Below, piece after piece: positions 36,801 through 48,800 of a DNA stretch of 64,000 nt. The stretch is from Macrostomum hystrix (lineage: Eukaryota; Animalia; Platyhelminthes). The DNA is taken from positions 3,968,001-4,032,000 of the forward strand of contig CATNEN010000034.1 of NCBI GenBank assembly GCA_950097015.1. Direction: 5' to 3'. Below the pieces are notes generated by a model. The model was not told the DNA's origin. It was given only the letters and a program-made list of their open reading frames with translations, and ran no database searches. Every line of letters begins with the position of its first letter. Within the stretch, counting starts at the first letter, position 1. A program made the translations under genes and the position numbers.

Positions 36801-39800
36801 GTAGTAGTAGTAGTAGTATAGTAGTAGTAGCAGTAGTATTAGTATAGTAGTAGTAGTAGTAGTAGCAGCAGCACTAGTAGCAGTAGTAGTAGTATAGTAG
36901 TAGTAGTTGTAGTTGTATTCGTAGTAGTAGCAGTAGTAGTATTGTAGTAGTAGTAGTAGTAGTAGTATTAGTATAGTAGTAGTAGTAGTAGTAGTAGCAG
37001 CAGTAGTAGTAAAGTAGTAGTAGTATAGTAGTATTAGTATAGTAGTAGTAGTAGCAGCAGTAGTAGTTGCACTAGTAGTAGTAGCAGTAGTAATAGTAGT
37101 ATTTAAATAATTAGGGTAATATACTAATATCAAGTTTTTTAATATCATATGATCAGGTCATTTTAAATTGTTACAGAAAAAAATTGAAACGAACATTGGA
37201 CGAATAAAATGAACAAGCGCATATTTTGTAAACGCAATTAGCGGGGATACTTTGGCTGAAGATAATATTTTCAATTTACTTTCGCCACGCATTATGTGCT
37301 ACTTCAAGTAGCGGCATTGTCTGAAAGTGTGCTGGCTGAGATGGCGGGGCCAGTTTAAAAAATGTCAAGAAAGCACAAAACAGTGTTAGGAACGGAGTCA
37401 TATCTCTAATTTTCAGTGCAAGTGAAGTAAATTTAAAATGGTAATAATATCCTTGTCGAAAAGAAGTTACACAGAATAGTGACAAACGGTTTTTTCTTTC
37501 GAAGCAAATTCGTAATGTTTAATCATAATATAAAAATGCTACACATTCAACATTCGAGTAGGCAAAGGCGGCTCTCGCTTCGATATTTAATTTTGTTTCC
37601 ATGCCTAAATGTAGTCGAAATGGCACAAAACGTATATTGGACTCTCCTACGGACAAAACAATCAGTTGATACATTTTATTTAAAACTCATTGGTTGCCAT
37701 TGACAATCTTTTGAAAAAGCGAAATTCACAGAAAAGCTTCAATTATATTTACCATGCATACTCGTAGCAGGAAATTGGTAGTTTTCGACAAATAGCTTTA
37801 AAAGCATTTTATTTTTTGTGTCTAATAAAAAATTGAATGGGCTAAAAAACTGCGAGAACTGAGGCGAGGGAGGTGAGGAGGGTGGGAAAGGGATTAAGGG
37901 AAAGAAAAACTAGCCTCACCCGCTGCGTGGGGATCGATGCGGATAAGCGGGATGGCATCCACTTGACTGACAGATATTGTCATCCGGGGGCGCGGAGGGG
38001 CACCAGACTCTGCAGATACGACTAGACATTGCATGCCAGCAAAAGAGGATAAATAATCCGCTGTTCGCAGTGATTCCGCTGCCAAACTGGCTGATTCGAG
38101 AGATGGCCGAGCTGCGCGACGCCGACCCCGCCGTTGGAATCGCCAGGAGGACCCCGCCAACCGATGCCGAAGGGCCGTCGGATCGCTGGGACTTCGACTA
38201 TGGCGACGTCGACTATCAGGACGATGATTACTACACCGATGAAGGAGAAGATGACTGGCAGCCAGATGCGAGCTGGCAGGAGGCTGCACAGTCCAGTGTG
38301 AGCAACATCATCAAAGTGACGGTCAGCCAGAGGTCCGATGATCTGAGATCCGAAACCGGACCGGCCAAGATGACGGAGGCCGCTGTTGAGGAAGCAGCGG
38401 CAGCGGGAGATGGTAAGGATTGTGGGATTGTCAATGCAGGATCTAGGAGATAGTGTAAGACTCAATGAGGGATGTGGGAGATTATGGGATTCTTAGTGAC
38501 AGATCTGGGAGATTTTGGGATTCTTAATGAGGGATCTAGGAGATTATGGGATTCTTAGTGACAGATCTGGAAGATTATGGGATTCTAAATGAGGGATCTG
38601 GGAGATTATGGGATTCTAAATGAGGGATCTGGGAGATTATGGGATTCTTAGTGACAGATCTGGGAGATTATGGGATTCTTAATGAGGGATCTGGGAGATT
38701 ATGGGATTCTTAGTGACAGATCTGGGAGATTATGGGATTCTAAATGAGGGATCTGGGAGATTATGGGATTCTTAGTGACAGATCTGGGAGATTATGGGAT
38801 TCTAAATGAGGGATCTGGGAGATTATGGGATTCTTAGTGACAGATCTGGGAGATTATGGGATTCTTAGTGACAGATCTGGGAGATTATGGGATTCTAAAT
38901 GAGGGATCTGGGAGATTATGGGATTCTAAATGAGGGATCTGAGAGATTATGGGATTCTAAATGAGGGATCTGGGAGATTATGGGATTCTGAATTAGGATC
39001 AGGGGTGATTATGAATTCTTAATAAGTAATTTGGGAGATTATGAATTCTCAATGTGGGATCTTTTGGATGAATCTGAAGTCTCAGCGAGGGATCAGTATA
39101 TTCATGAGAAAAAGCTTTATACGCAAAAATCTGCAGCAAAATTTGCATTCTATGTATAGTGAGGTGTGTGGGGTTGTCTTAGTGGGAGAAATTCTTGCCC
39201 TGGGGAATTATTCCCACGGCAAAGTATGACAGGAATTATCCTGTAGCACCTGGGGACGATGCAGGTGGCAGTGCCAAGCACTTTAAATCTATACATATAA
39301 GGAAAAAACAAAGTCTGTTTGCCAGGCATCCGCGAAGATAAAGGGGTGATTGAGGCACATGGAAGCAATTCAAGAAATGTCTGTGCTTTCAGACAGGGAT
39401 ATTTTAACCCATTACTAACATGGGCAGGCACAAATGGGTCCTACGTACACTTTTTTTTCAAGCCTAAATATTCCAAGTAATGACGGCTTACTCCTAATTG
39501 TCAAGCAAAACTTTTTGGGACTTTAGCGATGAACTGCCTGCGCCAGAATGCATGGGGATGTGGGGACATTACCGATGCGTCGTCATTATCCCGAAATCAT
39601 TTATTTGCTCATTCCCGATTGGCCCTTTAATATGTTCTGCTCTTTTAATCAGTTTTATCTAAGCTAGATTGTAACTTAAGTGAGTACAGCAAGTTGGTTG
39701 AACACTAATTAGAATAGTGGACCGCATGATTGTACACCAATTAGAATACTGGACCGCATGATTGTACACCAATTAGAATAGTGGACCGCATGACTGTACA

Positions 39801-42800
39801 CCAATTAGAATACTGGACCGCATGACTGTACACCAATTAGAATACTGGACCGCATGACTGTACACCAATTAGAATACTGGACTGCATGACTGTACACCAA
39901 TTAGAATACTGGACCGCATGACTGTACACCAATTAGAATACTGGACCGCATGACTGTACACCAATTAGAATACTGGACCGCATGACTGTACAACAATTAG
40001 AATACTGGACCGCATGATTGTACACCAATTAGAATAGTGGACCGCATGATTGTACACCAATTAGAATAGTGGACCGCATGATTGTACACCAATTAGAATA
40101 CTGGACCGCATGACTGTACAACAATTAGAATACTGGACCGCATGACTGTACACCAATTAGAATACTGGACCGCATGATTGTACACCAATTAGAATACTGG
40201 ACCGCATGATTGTACACCAATTAGAATACTGGACCGCATGACTGTACACCAATTAGAATACTGGACCGCATGACTGTACACCAATTAGAATACTGGACCG
40301 CATGACTGTACACCAATTAGAATACTGGACTGGATTGTATAATTGCGTTTTTAATCACTTTCACTATTTTTTCACTGTACACTAATTTTTGTATAAAAAA
40401 CACATCCCTGACATTTGGCGATTGTTCACATTGTTTTACCTCATATATTCCTCCAAACCAGAACCTAATTCGCGCAATGCCATCACAGATCACAACAAAG
40501 TGCACGTCCTGAAGGTTGACTCAAAACTACAACTGCCCCCTGTGACACAGCAGCCGAAGCGACCAGCCGAAGTTACAGAAATTCTGCCGAATCGCAAGCG
40601 AAACGTCAGAAAATTTCACAGCAAAGGTTTGGAATGAAAATTTAATTGAGCAGATCTTCATTGTATTGTACTTCGCCATTTGTCTCTCTGTCACTCAATT
40701 GTGTCGGTGGCAGAGCGGTTAACGCGTTCACCTCTAGCGCCAAGGTCCCTGAGCTCGATTCCGTAGCGAGGCTACAATTATTTGGGGCGCAGCCACGGAG
40801 AGACGACTTGGGGGCCAACCTCCAAGGTTGTACACCATAAAAGGCACAGTGAGAGTGTACACTGCCGGACGATGAGAAAGTCAGCGCAGATGTACACACC
40901 CTTTGTGAGTGTGTGCCTGCGTACAGTATCCGTGTGCGTGTGTGCTCAGGAGTCAGCGGAATGGGCAGAATTGCCTCCTCGCTGGCTGCGGGTCTAGTGT
41001 CACCAAATGATGTGCCGTTGCGCGCAGCCCTCATGCAATTACTAATACTACCACACCCTTACTCAGAATTAATTTTTTACTCGTAAAATTCGCCCGCGTA
41101 TTCGGCAGTCGTGGACTTTCCGTCAGCAGCGGCGGCGGCGGCAATTATAGCCAGGTTCTTGGTCAATAGGTCGCGACGACCAGCTCAGCTCATTGAGAGG
41201 CAGCTAGCTGCTTGTGCCTATAGATCACTCCGTTCCGGTTTGTGTCTGTGTGCGTCAGCCGAGTTCAGTTCCATGTTCGTGTCCTGTTGTGCCCTGTGCT
41301 AAATCAGCTAAATCAGTGTATTTAGCGTAAATTTAATTATTGTATCGAACATAGTAGCGATTGAAGTGATTCCCACGCTTATATATCATCTTTGTTTGTC
41401 ACGCTTGGCTTTGGCAAATTTCCTTTTCGGTTGAATTGTCCAATGTCTCCCACGTGAAAAAGACTTCCTGTAGTGACCTGTTTTTAAAGATCCAGTTGAA
41501 AAAATTACAATCCAGTTCTTTCTAGCTCATATATATTTGCTTGGCTTTCTTTCACATCGCATTTTGGAATATTTTGTAATGATTTTTACTAAGCTATTTT
41601 GTATAAGGCTATATAAGTATCCGGTTTGTTCAAAATTGTTTCTTAAACAGACGTCACCCCATCCAAACTGGCCATCCAATCGGACGTCACCCCATCCAAA
41701 CTGGCCATCCAATCAGACGTCACCCCATCCAAACTGGCCATCCAATCAGACGTCACCCCATCCAAACTGGCCATCCAATCAGACGTCACCCCATCCAAAC
41801 TGGCCATCCAATCAGACGTCACCTCATCCAAACTGGCCATCCAATCAGACTTCACCCATCCAAACTGGCCATCCAATCAGACGTCACCCCATCCAAACTG
41901 GCCATCCAATCAGAGGTCACCCAATCTAAACTAGACATCTAATCAGACATCACCGAATCCAAACTGGCCATCCAATCAGACGTCACCCCATCCAAACAGG
42001 TCATCCAATCAGACGTCAACCTATCCAATCAGATGCTGTCTTAAAAAATAGCAGAAAAATATAATTAATTTCAGAGCCAATTTTCTTCAAGCCGTTGCCA
42101 AGGCGGAGGCCGACAATTCCGCGAGATCCTTTTTCTAAGAACCGTCAGTTCAAGCTGGTGAAACCGGCGCCCATTGCCATCAAGCAAACTCGCCGCAGAA
42201 AGCTGACTTTCATTGATCCGGCACAGATTCTAAGAAAACGCGTGAGTTTTTACGGCTCTGAATATCTCAGTGTCTAAACTACAACTCATCCAATCAGCGT
42301 GTCTTTGTGACCACTCAACCATTCATTCAGCAAGAGAAGCGAGAAGCTAAGCACTCTAAGATCAGGTCTGAGCAGCAACAGCAGCAGCAGCAGCAGCTAA
42401 CCAGCTCAACCCAGCTAAAAAGGGTGGCATTCGCTAAGAAAGTGACAGTTCACGGCGAGAAGGACAAGTATGTGTCAGAAAGATTTCGCCGATTTCATAA
42501 TAAATTCAATAAATTTTATTTGAGTGCCATAAAAATATTCACTTCCAGAGCCGGTCATCTAAATGAATTGAACAGCGCCGAAGGGCAGAGGCTTAAAACA
42601 GGTAAAAATCATTCTGAACTGCGCTTCATCGAGAGACTAGAAAGAGATTAAGAGAATTTAAAACTAGCCCAGCTGGGTCAGATGTACAGCCAGTGGCCAC
42701 AGTTGCAGCTCAATGGCTAAGATTCGAACCACCGACCTCTCTGAAGTCCGAAGCTTCCACCAGTGGTCTACAAGCTCCATTCATCGAGCTTCGTTTATTA

Positions 42801-45800
42801 ATCATATTTAATACACAGCAATTTTCCTAGAATAACAATGAAGAATAGGCTTTGAGCTGGAATTAGAATACAAACTCACCTTAGAGTGATTGTTATTTAA
42901 GACTCCGGGCATCTGACTCAATTGACAATTGACCTGCAGCTCAATTGACATTGGAAGAAGATCCGCAGAGAGGATCTGAAGCAAGCAATGGCTTCATCCC
43001 GACTCCGGAGGAGTCAGCCATGGCCTCGTCAGAGAGCACATCGGCCGATTTAATGTCTGAGCACCCGAGATCAACGAGGTCATCGTCTCCTTCATCAACA
43101 TTTTCCTCTTCGTCGTGTTCTTTATCGACTAGCTCGACATCGATGCTGTCACTAGGATCGAGCGTCTCGGAGCAGTTTGATCGTCCACAAACCGTGATAG
43201 AAATACTAGCCGAGCTGGAGAAGCTGCCGCACTCGCCCTCGCCCTCGCCCTCACCCTCGCCCTCACCCTCGCCCTCACCCTCGCCCTCACCCTCGCCCTC
43301 ACCCTCGCCCTCGCCAGTTGGAATCGAGTCAAGTGTTCTTGCACCTATTTCGATAGAAGACTCGCCTCTCAAAACGAGAATAGGCTCGCCCTCGCCATCG
43401 CCATCGCCCTCGCCCTCGCCCTCGCCCTCGCCCTCGCCCTCGCCCTCGCCCTCGCCCTCGCCCTCGCCCTCGCCCTCGCCCTCGCCCTCGCACTCGCCCT
43501 CGCCCTTTATAAAAACAACGAGACCGCACTCGGCTCCATCTAAGGCCTCGCCTGAAGGCAGGGCACAAGAGGACTGCGCCGTTGTTGCTGTCATGGCTAT
43601 CGGCGTCAAAACATCGAAATCGCTTGGTGCGAAGTGTTTTTAAAGAACTCACATGTCATTATGCCGACAAGAAAACTCACCGTCAACTTACGCTCGTTAA
43701 TCGGGCTTGCACCTTTTCATTGAAACGATGCACAAAATTTTGCAAAGAAGTTTTATAAGTTATAAAAAACTCACGAAAGTTCACTCGCAAGTAGCTCTAG
43801 CACACTTTCCTGGAGCATCGTTGATGGAGAGTTGAGAAATAAATGTTGTGCATAAAGTTATTGACGCTAACCCCCTGGTAAAAAAATTATCCTCCTAAGC
43901 TAACACGTTATCCCTCAGCTGACATGGCAAATTATAATCCACTACTTTCTAAAGTGAAGCTTTCCACTAAGCCTATTTACCGTTACATCATTAATCGTAA
44001 ATTTATTAGTTTTTTTCTAAATCCGTTACAAAGGCGAAGTTTCTGAAGAGCCAGAGAATGATACCAACACCGAGTCTTCGATTATTCAGGACGGTGAAAA
44101 TGGCGGCCAACAGCACCTACTGCCACCTTTGCCGGAGCTGCTGTCAGTAAGTTGTAATACAAAATACTTATTCCGTGTGCTCAAGATCTAGCCTGTACTC
44201 AGACAATGATAGAATATTTTGGTTCCCCTTCAGAGGACGACGTCAGTTGATGGCGCCGACAGGTATACAAGGATGTCGCTGCCGCCTCTTCCGCCTCTGC
44301 CGCAGGTGCGTCCGCGGCCGATTCCACCAACAGCAACTTTGAGAGGACCGGCTGTCAGGTACAAAGCCTGGTGCATTCAGTGCTCAGCTCTGTATGAGTG
44401 TACTCATCCTCATAACCTTCACCTTCATATTTAGCTCGTACTTCTGTAAATTCCTACTACTGTAATTCAACTATACTCACATTCATTAGTGTACTGTACT
44501 CACATTCATTAGTGTACTGTACTCACATTCATAAGTGTACTGTACTCACATTCATAAGTGTACTGTACTCACATTCATAAGTGTACTGTACTCACATTCA
44601 TTAGTGTACTGTACTCACATTAATAAGTGTACTGTACTCACATTCATAAGTGTACTGTACTCACATTCATAAGTGTACTGTACTCACATTCATAAGTGTA
44701 CTGTACTCACATTCATAAGTGTACTGTACTCACATTCATAAGTGTACTGTACTCACATTCATAAGTGTACTGTACTCACATTCATAAGTGTACTGTACTC
44801 ACATTCATAATTGTACTGTACTCACATTCATAAGTGTACTGTACTCACATTCATAAATCTACTGTACTCACCTTTATGAGTCTAGTGTACTCACCTTTAT
44901 GAATCTAGTGTACTAACCTAAAAAATTATTGAAATATGACTCTATTAAATTATTCAAAAGGTAGATTTAGCTACAATGTCTACTTAATTTACGATTAGCT
45001 ATAGTTCTGAAACGGACATACAGATGGCGAGGTAGTGCTAATTCAGTCTTGCGTGCCAGAATCCAGAAGTAAAAGAACATGAAAAAGTCACAGAAAATGG
45101 CTGCAGGTAAGGAGAGTTTCAGCCAGTTCCCATCCCATTTCCTTACTCGTAGCTTTGTCTATACATACATTTGCCCATTTTCTATCGATTTACAACAGCA
45201 AAATCGCATTATTATTCCCACTGAGAGACAGAAGCATTGAGACGGAGTTGAATGAAGTAACTCGGCGGGAATCAAAATTTAAAGCGACAGTAAAAGAGAC
45301 TTAGGATATTTATAGGAATCGATGGGATTTGTTGCCATAAAAGCGAATAATACTCGAAGAAGAAAGTTTTGTTCACAGTTGAGCGCACTTTGTAGCTAAG
45401 CCTGTAGCTCTTATATGTTTGAATCCATCACCCCACAGTAACTGTCGCTGCTTTAATAATATTGTTTTTAAAAACAAAGCAAAACTTAGAGGTGAGAGGG
45501 ACGCGGAGCCAATGAATAGACCGGGCAATGCTCAGGCGTCCTCGACCAGTTTGCCGCCTCTCGCTGGCAGTCGCAGCAAGTCTTACAGAGCCTGGCGTCG
45601 GGCCCAAATTGCTTACAGACTGGCTGGCCGTGGACTACCAAGGATGCCGCCGTCGACGCAGCCGCCACCGCCACCGGCAGCCAAGAGACGTCAGGTGGCG
45701 CCGAAGTCAACGGAAGCCTCCACAAACGTGGAGTCGGAGCCTGATCATCAAGCTGCCAGAGAGGAGTCGCCGCTAGATTATCTGTCGCGCTACTGTATAG

Positions 45801-48800
45801 TACACGCGCACCGCTTGCCAGCCTACGAGGCGGCGTTCCGTCGGGCCGTTGCTAAGCAACCGTTTCGTTACGAGCCGTACAGAGAGATTGCGCAGCAGGC
45901 CGAGTCGGCCGCGGCTGCGACGGCTGCGGCGGCGGCCGAAACGGCTTCAAAGATGAATTCCGCATCGTCGGGTCGGCGAACAACTTCAGCCGCATCGTCC
46001 GTCATCGTTACGGAGGGATCAACTTCGGCTCCAGCTGAACGTGACGGCACTTTGGACGTCTCCGTTGAAGAGTTGTACCATAGACAGTTGCAGTGTCGAG
46101 TCGGCGGAGCGCTGTCAGAGGCGCAGCTGATGCGGCTGACCCGCCAACTGCAGATTGGACAGCTTAAAATGTCGCCGAACGATTCGGTGAGGTTTAATAC
46201 TTGGCGCTCAGGTAGGATGCAAACAGGTGGGATATGCACAATGATACCAGGTGGGATATGCACAATGATACCAGGTGGGATAAGCACAATGATACCAGGT
46301 GGGATAAGCACAATGATACCAGGTGGGATATGCACAATGATACCAGGTGCGACAAGCACAATTATACCAGGTGGGATATGCACAATGATACCAAGTGGGT
46401 CGGGGGTCAGTGGCAGAGGGGATAACGCGTTTGCCGCTCGCACCGAGGTCCTTGAGTTCGATTCCGTGGAGAGTCCACATTTATTTCGGGAGCAGCCGCG
46501 GAGAGAAGGCTTGGGGGCTTGTCGTACAATTTACGCCCTTGAACGGCCAACCTCCAAAGCACAGTGAGAGTGTACACTGCCTGACGATGAGAAAGTCAGG
46601 GCAGATGTACACACCTGTGTGAGTGTGTGCCTGCGTACAGTATCTGTGTGCGTGTGTGCTCATGAGTCAGAAAAATGGACGGAATGGCCTGCTCGCTGGC
46701 TGCGCGTCTACTGTCACCAAATGATGTGCCATTGCCCACAGCCCTCCTGTGGGCAATAATTACTATTATTATTACCAAGTGGGTCACTAAAGCCGAGTCC
46801 GAGCCTTCAAAGATCCCACTTTGCGCCGGCAGTTCCGCAGCCCGAGCGAGGCAGAGCTGTCCAAGCAGCGCTTCATTCTCGATCGTCTGCTAGAGCGGCA
46901 GGCCCAGCACCAGGCGGAGGCGGCCGTCCTGGAGTCGGAGCGAGAGCAACTGCTGTCGCGTCTCGCCCTGGCCCGCTACCCAGATCTCCTGACGCCGGCG
47001 TTGGCCGCCGCGGCTGCCGCGGCAGCTTCGGCTAGATCAGCGGGAGGAGGCGCCACTGAAAGAGTCGCATTGGTCGGATTGGCGCACCGCCTGCTGACGC
47101 CGCGTCAGCTGGCCGCCGTGGAGGCAAATCCGGAGGCTCAGCGTCAGGCAGCCAGGCTTGAGCGCTGCCATCAGCTTGTCGAGCACGTGGACAGCCGGCT
47201 GGCCGAGACTCGCGAACAGATTCGCCGATTGGCAGCCCTGGCCAGCCGAGAGCTTCTCGGGCGTCAAGTGCAACGCCGACTCCGGCTGCAGCAGCGACAG
47301 CGGCGCCAAGGTCGCCTGGACGCCGAAGCCGGCGAGGCGGCTGAAGAGGAAGCCTTGCTCAGGGAGCAGTCGATGATCTATCAGAAGCTGAGGCCGGAAA
47401 TCGATCTGGAGCTGAACGCCGAGCTGCTGGAAGCTGCGCTAAGCGAAGTCAACGGGCACCTGATCAGCAAGCGGGAGCTGCAGTACGTTCACCGGCTGCT
47501 TCGGCTGCCAGGTCGGGGCCCGATCAACTTCCGCCTATTCAGCCTGGTGGCAGCGCTGAGCGAAAAGATTGTGCAGCTGGAGTGAGCGGACTTTGTCCAG
47601 CTTTGTGGGGACGATGGCAAAGCCTTTCTTTGCATCAGCTGCAACTATCGCCCCTTATCCGCCCTTGTCCGCCCTCATCCCTCATTCAGCCTGTTTCTGC
47701 CCATCCATCACGAATTCCGCCCCTATCCGTCCCATCCGCACCCATCCGGCCACATCCTAACGTCTTTATTCAGCCAAACCACCATAGTTTCCAACCAGTG
47801 ACCAAGTAAGATAAAAAACTACAAAATAAAGTTCAGGTCCCTTCCGTACTACTCTTGGTTACTTTAGTAAGTAGAAATTTATCAAACATTTAGCAACTTT
47901 AAAATATTTCAAATTTCTTTCATTAAAGACCGATTCTTCGCAAGCTAATCAACAAGCTGGACTTCGAGGCACTCGACTTTAAGTTCGACCGCTGCCGCGA
48001 CCTGTTCCGCCTGCTGGAGTCGACGAGCGAGGCGCCTCCTGGCTGCGTATCGGTGGAGGCTCTGGCGGTGGAGCTGCTGGCCGGAAATCTCACTGATGAG
48101 CACGTTGGCGCGGTGAGGGAATGAGCAGAAGTTAAGCAAATAATTTATAGATGCCTTACCTGAAATGACAAGGCGGCGTCTTCCTCACCCAGAACAGTAG
48201 GTCTACTTCCCACTGACCCAGATGAGTAGGTCTACTTCCCACTGAGCCAGATGAGTAGGTCTACTTCCCACTGAGCCAGATGAGTAGGTCTACTTCCCAC
48301 TGAGCCAGATGAGTAGGTCTACTTCCCACTGACCCAGATGAGTAGGTCTACTTCCCACTGACCCAGATGAGTAGGTCTACTTCCCACTGAGCCAGATGAG
48401 TAGGTCTACTTCCCACTGACCCAGATGAGTAGGTCTACTTCCCACTGACCCAGATGAGTAGGTCTATTTCCCACTGACCCAGATGAGTAGGTCTACTTCC
48501 CACTGACCCAGATGAGTAGGTCTACTTCCCACTGACCCAGATGAGTAGGTCTACTTTCCACTGACCCAGATGAGTAGGTCTACTTCCCACTGACCCAGAT
48601 GAGTAGGTCTACTTCCCACTGAGCCAGATGAGTAGGTCTACTTCCCACTGACCCAGATGAGTAGGTCTACTTCCCACTGAGCCAGATGAGTAGGTCTACT
48701 TCCCACTGAGCCAGATGAGTAGGTCTACTTCCCACTGACCCAGATGAGTAGGTCTACTTCCCACTGAGCCAGATGAGTAGGTCTACTTCCCACTGAGCCA

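Noticed and set aside
35676-37148. 490-aa Thr/Tyr/Leu-rich ORF
   Set aside because: Reverse reading of an (AGT)n microsatellite in an intron.
42941-43609. Minus-strand (Gly-Glu)n ORF
   Set aside because: Antisense shadow; splice phases support the plus-strand Ser-Pro frame.
46578-46600. CTGACGA...GAAA in SINE A as a hammerhead ribozyme core (cf. Schistosoma Sm-alpha)
   Set aside because: Only 3 nt separate CTGACGA and GAAA, so stem II cannot form, and CTGAC pairs with GTCAG in a simple hairpin.
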